Position numbers and translations under genes: made by a program. From Octopus sinensis (Eukaryota): DNA of 17,577 nucleotides. Below are positions 10,770 to 17,577 of this stretch, piece after piece. The stretch spans positions 1-17,577 of the forward strand of contig NW_021824762.1 in the NCBI RefSeq assembly GCF_006345805.1. Direction: 5' to 3'. The notes below the pieces were generated by a model that was given only the letters and a program-made list of their open reading frames with translations, did no database searches and had not been told where the DNA came from. How positions within the stretch are numbered: the stretch's first letter is position 1; each line of letters starts with the position of its first letter.

Positions 10770-11190
10770 CATGGAAAAATGCGAACAAGAGAAATAATAT
10801 TCTTAAGATTATAAACCTGGAAAAGTACAGAACAAGTTATTTCACTTGGAAAAGTCCAGGACAAGTTGTTACATTTGGTAAAGTACAGAACAAGAAAATT
10901 TTTACTTAAAATATTGCAGCTAAGGATAAAATATTTTAATTATTTTTTTATTCTTAATAGAAGTAACAAGTAATGACAAATAAAAGTAATAAATTGTAAT
11001 AAAATTTTTAGTTTTAATAAAAGCTAATATTTTCTAAATCTAAATATTTTATTTGAAATTTTATCTTTAGCTGCAATATTTTAAGTAAATATTTTCTTGT
11101 CCTGTACTTTACCAGATGTAATAGCTTGTCCTATACTTTCCCAGGTTTATAATCTTAAGAATATTATTTCTCTTGCTCGCATTTTCCATG
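10770..11190. mobile_element. Fold-back MITE-like element (421 bp) with long TIRs and probable TA TSD
   Basis: The left arm 10767-10932 is the reverse complement of the right arm 11058-11193, with an AT-rich spacer of about 125 bp. Ends read TA|CATGGAAAA...TTTTCCATG|TA. There is no coding capacity. Confidence 0.8.
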
Positions 11191-11193
11191 TAA

Positions 11194-11638
11194 TTTGACT
11201 GCGGCCATGCTGGAGCACCGCCTTTAGTCGAGCAAATCGACCCCGGGACTTATTCTTTGTAAGCCCAGTACTTATTCTATCGGTCTCTTTTGCCGAACCG
11301 CTAAGTGACGGGGACGTAAACATCGGTTGTCAAGCAATGCTAGGGGGACAAACACAGACACACAAACACACACACACACCACACACACACACACACACCA
11401 CACACACACACATACACATATATATATATATATAATATATATTATATATATTTTGATAAGCATATTTTGATATATATATATATATATATTTTGATAAGCA
11501 TATTTTGATATATATATATATGTATATTTTGATAAGCATATTTTGATAAGCATAACAAATGCGCAACCGGTAAAAAGAACTTTCACCTAATTAAATTACT
11601 TAAATTACTTCAATTATTTGTCAGCATTTTCTTCATTT

Positions 11639-11686
<48 letters not shown>

Positions 11687-11848
11687 TATATACGACAGGC
11701 TTCTTTCAGTTTCCGTCTACCAAATCCACTCACAAGGCATTGGTCGGCCCGGGGCTATAGCAGAAGACACATGCCCAAGATGCCACGCAGTGGGACTGAA
11801 CCCGGAACCATGTGGTTGGTTAGCAAGCTACTTACCACACAGCCACTC
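11194..11848 (-). mobile_element. SINE family A, copy A4, with an expanded or interrupted central region
   Basis: The 3' half (11194-about 11400) and 5' half (about 11690-11848) closely match the other family A copies. It has the GTAAGTAGCTTGCT head variant, unlike A2/A3 (GTAAGAAGTTTGCT). Confidence 0.92.
11451..11554. repeat. Minisatellite, about 38-bp period, inside SINE A4
   Basis: TTTTGATAAGCATA occurs at 11451, 11489, 11527 and 11541, separated by TTTTGA(TA)n. Confidence 0.9.
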
Positions 11849-11863
11849 ATATATATATATATA

Positions 11864-12097
11864 TTAGGTGGGTTGGGGCATAATTATTGCGGCTTTGTTT
11901 TTTCAACAAATTTTATTCAACAAAAACTAACAACATGCAACAAAAATATCTTTAAATGATTATTCTACTTCAATTACTGCTTCCCATTTGCTTGGCAGAC
12001 GGTCAGACCGTCATTTAAAGATGTTTTTGTTAAATATTGTTATAGTTTTTGTTGAATAAAATTTGTTGAAAAAAATTCGCAATAAGTATGCACCAAC

Positions 12098-12101
<4 letters not shown>
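11864..12101. mobile_element. Mariner-type MITE (238 bp), TA-flanked
   Basis: Arms 11864-11959 and 12011-12101 are inverted repeats. The termini TTAGGT(GGGT)TGGGGCATAATTATTGCGG and revcomp TTGGGTTGGTGCATACTTATTGCG resemble the Hsmar1/MADE1 TIR TTAGGTTGGTGCAAAAGTAATTGCGG (recalled from memory). TA lies on both sides. Confidence 0.85.
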
Positions 12102-12189
<88 letters not shown>

Positions 12190-12251
12190 TGTGTGTGTGT
12201 GTGTGTGTGTCTGGTGTATATATTTGTATGTATATTATATATATGTGTGTG

Positions 12252-12291
<40 letters not shown>

Positions 12292-12425
12292 CTGTGTGTA
12301 TGTATATATATATATATCTATATATATATATGTATATGTGTATATGCATATATATGTTTCTGTGCATATATGTATCTGTATATATATATATATATTGTGG
12401 TGTGTGTGTGTATGTGTGTGTGTAA
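12102..12425. repeat. Compound (TA)n/(TG)n microsatellite
   Basis: Alternating TA and TG runs starting directly at the MITE end. Confidence 0.95.
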
Positions 12426-12562
12426 TGCTTAACCAAAAGAGCTACTAATTGTTTCGTACCTTTATGATATTTTAACTAGGCATATTTATAAAATCCATCA
12501 GGTATCTCCAAGCAATCTTTCAGACTCTGTCTATGCGCTTTATATATATATTTTAAAAACAA

Positions 12563-12790
12563 GTATTTGTTTACTTGCTGCCTGACAAACCTGTTCGTTT
12601 TGTGCTTTGCTTATGAGATGTGTAATAGCCATCTTAAGGACTTGTGCTCAAATGCCTGAATTCTTCTTTCCATGTCAGCTGTAAGAATCCAGTTCTCACA
12701 CCCATGCAGAAGGATCGAAGTCACTAAGGACTTGTAGACTCTGAGCCTTGCTGGAAAAACTAATGGAATTGCTTTTGCATATGATTTTGC
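12563..12790 (-). mobile_element. RTE-clade LINE ORF2 fragment (region C-terminal to RT), pseudogenised
   Basis: The minus strand translates as ICKSNSISF, a +1 frameshift, then PARLRVYKSLVTSILLHGCENWILTADMERRIQAFEHKSLRWLLHIS*AKHKTNRFVRQQV. This matches the RTE-type motif LYKSLVxSILLYGCExWTL...IQAFExKCLR. The in-frame stop is at 12611-12613. Confidence 0.88.
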
Positions 12791-12944
12791 TTTGTTGTAA
12801 ACTGGAGATGAGATCCGACGATTGTCGTGCTGATAAAAGCTATTGTAGTAGAAAAACGACTGTCAGCTCTGCGCCTATTATTAATGATAGATAATAATTA
12901 ATTAACAAATGCAATTTCAGCTATCTACATACTATATCTACATA

Positions 12945-13237
12945 CAGCTCTTCAATATCCTCCCGAAGGACTTGAGAGACCTGCATGGGATGGATGCAGA
13001 TATCTTCAAAATAAAGCTGGACCTCTTCCTGTCAGGTGTCCCAGATGAACCAACTTCCCGGCATGAGGTGTAGATGAGGGTAGCTGCATCAAACTCTCTC
13101 ATACACCAAATGTCAATTGCTATAAAGCATTCGTGAAGTAAAATCATGTAGCAACACCGAATGGCGGTGCCGCAGCATGGCCACAGCTCGTGAGCTGAAA
13201 CTAGATGAAATGAAATGAAAAATGAAATGAAATGAAT
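12945..13237 (+). mobile_element. 3' end of a CR1-type LINE: ORF2 C-terminus, 3' UTR and (ATGAA)n tail
   Basis: It translates as QLFNILPKDLRDLHGMDADIFKIKLDLFLSGVPDEPTSRHEV*MRVAASNSLIHQMSIAIKHS* (stops at 13071 and 13134). LFNxLP...FKxKLDxFLxxVPDEP...SNSL is typical of CR1-group ORF2 ends. A short UTR and tandem ATGAA tail (13205-13237) follow. Confidence 0.88.
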
Positions 13238-13494
13238 ACTGGTTGCATGGTTTTATGAAATCTATGACGCCTCCACCGTGAGATGGCCTGTGAGTTTTTA
13301 TCAGAACGCAGTAACGGATTTGAGGGGTCACGTTTTGAATATGTAACAGTACTTCGTATATTATCTCAGAAAATCATAAAGGTATTATGACTCGGTATGT
13401 ATAGACATATACATACCGTATATATTGTGTTATGGTTATGTTGTGCCTCTGTATTTCCTGTGTAGTTTGACTGGGTTGTAATAGTGTCAGTTGT

Positions 13495-13817
13495 GAGGGC
13501 GCGTGGCTTAGTGGTTAGGGCATTCGGCTCATGATCGTAAGGTTGTGAGTTCGATTCCCGGCGACGCGTTGTGTCCTTGAGCAAGACACTTTATTTCACG
13601 TTGCTCCAGTCCACTCAGCTGGCAAAAATGAGTTGTACTTGTATTTCAAAGGGTCAGCCTTGTCACTCTCTGTGTCACGCTGATTATCCCCGAGAACTAC
13701 GTTAAGGGTACACGTGTCTGTGGAATGCTCAGCCATTTGCACGTTAATTTCACGAGCAGGCTGTTCCGTTGATCGTATCAGCTGGGACCGTCGTCGTCGT
13801 AACCGGCGGAGTCTTTA
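13495..13817 (+). mobile_element. Full-length tRNA-derived CORE-type SINE (group C, tail type 2) with 15-bp TSD
   Basis: A box TGGCTTAGTGG at 13504-13514, B box GAGTTCGATTCC at 13547-13558 and CORE-like segment at 13571-13633. The TSD is AATAGTGTCAGTTGT (13480-13494) / AATAGTGACAGTTAT (13818-13832), 13/15 identical. Confidence 0.92.
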
Positions 13818-14004
13818 AATAGTGACAGTTATTTCTTAACTATGAAAGTCATATGTTAGACAATATCGTTGTGGGAAGCCGAGCTTCCAAAGAGAATGTT
13901 TGTATTTCAAGGTTATTTGTTAGGCTTTCTGGCAATTCACAATTGTCTAAATGTGTTTTGAGGATATGGTTTAACTGTGTGTATGTGAATTAGTATTGTG
14001 ATGG

Positions 14005-14680
14005 GGTGCTGGTGGAAGTGGTAATAGTGGTGGTGGTGGTGGTGGTGAAGATGATGACGATGGTGGTGATGGTGGTGGTGGTGGTGGTGGTGGTGGTGGT
14101 AGTGGTGAAGATGATGACGATGGTGGTGATGGTGGTGGTGGTGGTGGTGGTGGTGGTGGTGGTGGTGGTAGTGGTGAAGATGATGACGATGGTGGTGATG
14201 GTGGTGGTGGTGGTGGTGGTGGTGGTGGTAGTGGTAGTGGTGAAGATGATGACGATGGTGGTGATGGTGGTGGGGTGGTTGGTGGTGGTGGTGGTGGTAG
14301 TGGTGAAGATGATGACGATGGTGGTGATGGTGGTGGTGGTGGTGGTGGTGGTGGTGGTGGTGGTTGTGGTGGTGGTGATGGTGGTGAAGATGATGAAGGT
14401 GGTGGTGGCGGTGGTGGTGGTGATGGTGAAGATGATAACGATGGTGGTGGTGGGGTGGGGTGATGGTGGTAGTGGTGAAGATGATGAAATGGTGGTGATG
14501 GTGGTGGTGGGTGGTTGTGGTGGTGGTGGGGTTGTGGTGGGGGGTGTTGGTGGTGAAGATGATAACGAAGGTGGTGGTGGTGTGGTGGTGGTGGTGAAGT
14601 GGATTAATACGATGGTGGTGGTGGTGGGGTGGGGTGATGGTGAAGGTGATGACGATGGTGGTGGTGGTGCTGCTGCTGCT
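14005..14680. repeat. GGT-based minisatellite: (GGT)n-AGT-GGTGAAGATGATGACGAT-GGTGGTGAT units
   Basis: The core GGTGAAGATGATGACGAT is exact at 14044, 14104, 14173, 14239 and 14302, and degenerate at 14383, 14425, 14474, 14552 and 14639. Confidence 0.9.
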
Positions 14681-14889
14681 GGTGGTGACGTAGTGATGCA
14701 GATAAACATGATAGTGATGATACCAATGATGATGTTACAGTTGATGAAACTGATGATGACACGGACGATGAGGATGGCGAAGCTGTAGCAACTTGTGACA
14801 GCAATGTTATTGATGGTAGAAATGGTGATGATGATGATGGTGATGCTGATGACAGTACAATCAGTCGCTATCTGTCATGGATTGATGAT

Positions 14890-15415
14890 GGCAAAAGATA
14901 TCGACGATGATGACGATGACGTTTATGTCTGGCATTGAAATGGTGGGTTGTGGTGGTGGTGGTGGTGGTGGTAGTGATGATGTAACGACGGCGATGATGA
15001 TTTCGACGATGATGATGATGATGATGATGATGACGATGTGGATGATGAGGAGGACAATGACGATGACGAACGACCGTAATGATGGTCAATATGTTGACGA
15101 TGTTGGTGATGATGACGATGACGACGATGACGATGACGATGACGATGATGATCATGATCATGATCATGACGATGACGACGATGACGATGATGATGATGAT
15201 GATTATGATGATTACGATGATGATGCTGGTGATTTTGATGATGACGATGACGACGATGACGATGATGATGATGGTGATGATGATGATATTTAATGTGGAA
15301 ATGTCCATGTTGATAAGGAATGACGATGACGAGGATGGTGATAAAAAACCCCACCACCACGATGATGACGACGACGACGACAACGATGAAATACAACGAC
15401 GACGACGATGATGAA
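14890..15415. repeat. Degenerate (GAT)n/(GAC)n trinucleotide tract
   Basis: GAT/GAC/CAT triplet runs with repeated phase shifts. Confidence 0.92.
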
Positions 15416-15469
15416 CAAATTATTTCGTCATTCCCTCGCGTAAATAAAATCTCTCTTGAAATTGCTTCC

Positions 15470-15890
15470 CCTTCTCTTTCTCTTTCTCTCTCTCTCTCTC
15501 TCATACACCGTCTCTCTCTGTCTCTCTCAATTTCTCTCTCTCATATACACTCTCTCATATACACTCTCTCATTCTCTCTCTCTTTCTCACTAACTCACTC
15601 TTCCATACTCGCTCTCTCTCTCTCTCCTTTTCTCTTACTCCGTCTTCTTCCTACCAACACCGCCTCTCTCTTTCATACACCGTCTCCCTCTCTTTCATAC
15701 ACCGTCTCTCTCAATTTCCCTCTCTCTCATATACTCTCTCACTCTCTATCTCTCTCATTCTTTCTCTCTCCCACTCTCCTTTCTCCCAACGCCATCAATA
15801 CAGCCACACTCCTCATCTCTCAGTCTCCCTCTCAAACTCTTTCTCTCCTCCCTCTCTCTCTCTCTCTTCCACTTTCTCTTTCTCTTCCCT
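15470..15890. repeat. Pyrimidine-rich degenerate (CT)n tract with internal duplications
   Basis: CT-rich on the + strand; CATACACCGTCTC recurs at 15502, 15674 and 15696. Confidence 0.85.
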
Positions 15891-16222
15891 CAACCAACAC
15901 CCCCCCCCCCCACCATCCCACATTAATTTAATACGAAATGAAGATTTTTTGGCCATTTCTCATCGGTGTTAAGTCGCTATTTCATATTCGCATGTTTTTA
16001 CAAGTCTAATTTCCCTATTGGCGGACATCATATTTGTTTCTTGTTGCGTTTGTTCGGTTATTCCATTCTTTATTGTTTTTTTTTTGTTTTCATTTTTCCT
16101 TTTTGTCTTCTTTTTTGTTTCGTTTTTCTCCCCTCCCCCCACCTTTGTCGATTTGCTGTTCTCTTTTTTCCGTATTATCGTAGCGATGTCTTTCATTTTG
16201 AATTCTATTTCTGTTAGTTATT

Positions 16223-16280
16223 TTCATCATCATCACCATCATCATCATCAGTATTCTTCTTCTTCTTCTTCTTCTTCTTC

Positions 16281-16335
<55 letters not shown>

Positions 16336-16427
16336 CGTATCCTCTGCCCTTCATTTATTGCTCTGGTGGAAAAGAAAAGAAGTCGTCGTCGTCATCATCA
16401 TCATCATCATCACGTCATCATCATCAC

Positions 16428-16465
<38 letters not shown>

Positions 16466-16481
16466 TATTATTATATTATTA

Positions 16482-16530
<49 letters not shown>
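16223..16530. repeat. Mosaic of trinucleotide microsatellites (CAT)n, (TCT)n, (TAT)n, (GTC)n, (ATT)n
   Basis: Successive abutting triplet runs seen directly in the sequence. Confidence 0.95.
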
Positions 16531-16535
<5 letters not shown>

Positions 16536-16629
16536 TTTTGTTGTTTTTGGTTGGTTATTGTGTTATTGTTATTATCGTGTTGTGTTTATTATTTGTGGTA
16601 GTGGTGTGTAGAGAGTTTCTTTTGTTTCT

Positions 16630-16630
16630 T

Positions 16631-16680
<50 letters not shown>
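16630..16680. repeat. (CT)n microsatellite
   Basis: Near-perfect CT run. Confidence 0.95.
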
Positions 16681-16683
<3 letters not shown>

Positions 16684-16944
16684 TGAATAAATTGTCTGCG
16701 TAATCTAAACAACAACTTCATATTAGTCGTTTTTGAAATCATCACAAACACCAACATCAGCACCACCACCACCACCACCACGAACGTCGACAACAACATG
16801 AAAAACAACAACCACGACAATGGCTGCTACTAACGCCAAGTTCCCAAACCCCCAAAACTTATCATTTCGCATTCATTAGATCTTGGAGCAGATCACGGCG
16901 TTAGAATTTTTTATTAAAAGAAATAAATAGAAAACCAAAAAACA

Positions 16945-16951
16945 TAATAAC

Positions 16952-16987
<36 letters not shown>

Positions 16988-17237
16988 TAATAATAATAAA
17001 AGAAGAAGAGGATATGATGAGATGATGATTTTGTTTATTTGCCACCCGGGCGAAGGATGAGGAGGCACAATACAAAACAGGCATAAGTGAGGGTGTTTTG
17101 CATGTAAAAAATGATAAATAACAATAATAATATTATTATTATTATTATTCTTATTATTATTCTTCTTCTTATATTATTATTATTATTATTAGTAGTAGTA
17201 TAGTAGTAGTAGTAGTAAGAGTAGTAGTAGTAGTAGT
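16945..17237. repeat. (AAT)n, (ATT)n and (AGT)n tracts separated by unique sequence
   Basis: (AAT)n at about 16945-16998, (ATT)n at about 17131-17190 and (AGT)n at about 17191-17237. Confidence 0.85.
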
Positions 17238-17577
17238 TGAAATTATTTGCTTTCGTTTTCGTTTTACTTTGCTGCGTGCTCTTAAAGACGAGTTTGGCGT
17301 GGGTCTTTTCTCCTTTTGCTGGGAATGAAAAATTTAATGTGAAACCGAAAATTCTGGCTCATTGGTCATATATGCATGCCATATATATGGTCTATTTTTT
17401 GTGATATGTAGGTATGTTGTGTGGGTGTGTGCATATATGTGTATGTGTGTGTGGACGGGTGTATGTGGGAGTTATTGAACGAGTAAGTGACTGGACGTAT
17501 TTTAATTGGATCGCTTTGGCAGTGTTCTGTGTTGTCATTGCAAGTGTGCAGTACTACTGATTTAAGCTAGATTAGAT

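Noticed and set aside
13497-13565. tRNA-like sequence with good A and B boxes
   Set aside because: It is the head of a SINE that continues into a CORE-like body and is bounded by a TSD; it is not a tRNA gene.
14044-14320. Constant core with variable-length spacers, superficially CRISPR-like
   Set aside because: The spacers are just (GGT)n runs, the context is eukaryotic, and there are no cas genes.
13990-15931. Long poly-V/T/D/M/H/S ORFs of up to 260 aa
   Set aside because: They come from triplet and CT repeats that lack stops by composition. The acidic-looking reading (SDADKHDSDDTNDD...) shifts frame repeatedly and has no start or splice support.
17030-17095. Faint resemblance to the reverse complement of the family B tail
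   Set aside because: The similarity is too low and short to call without an alignment.

Overview
AT-rich, microsatellite-saturated animal genomic DNA (intergenic or intronic). The SINE set and extreme simple-repeat load match my recollection of octopus (coleoid cephalopod) genomes; this is recognition, not a database result. No intact protein-coding gene is supported. Most ORFs in the track are translations of (TA)n, (TG)n, (CT)n, (GGT)n, (GAT)n or (ATT)n tracts, and the rest have no recognisable homology. The window holds three tRNA-derived SINE groups, given working names A, B and C. It also holds a decayed CR1-type LINE 3' end, a decayed RTE LINE fragment, two TA-flanked fold-back MITEs (one with mariner-type ends), several minisatellites and a weak promoter-like motif cluster. 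The best-supported points of interest are: a SINE/LINE shared 3' tail whose hairpin stem is kept despite different sequence, reciprocal-looking nesting of family B into family A copies with target-site duplications, a head-to-head inverted SINE pair that could form long dsRNA, and modular domain sharing between SINE families. I found no convincing new protein-based system.
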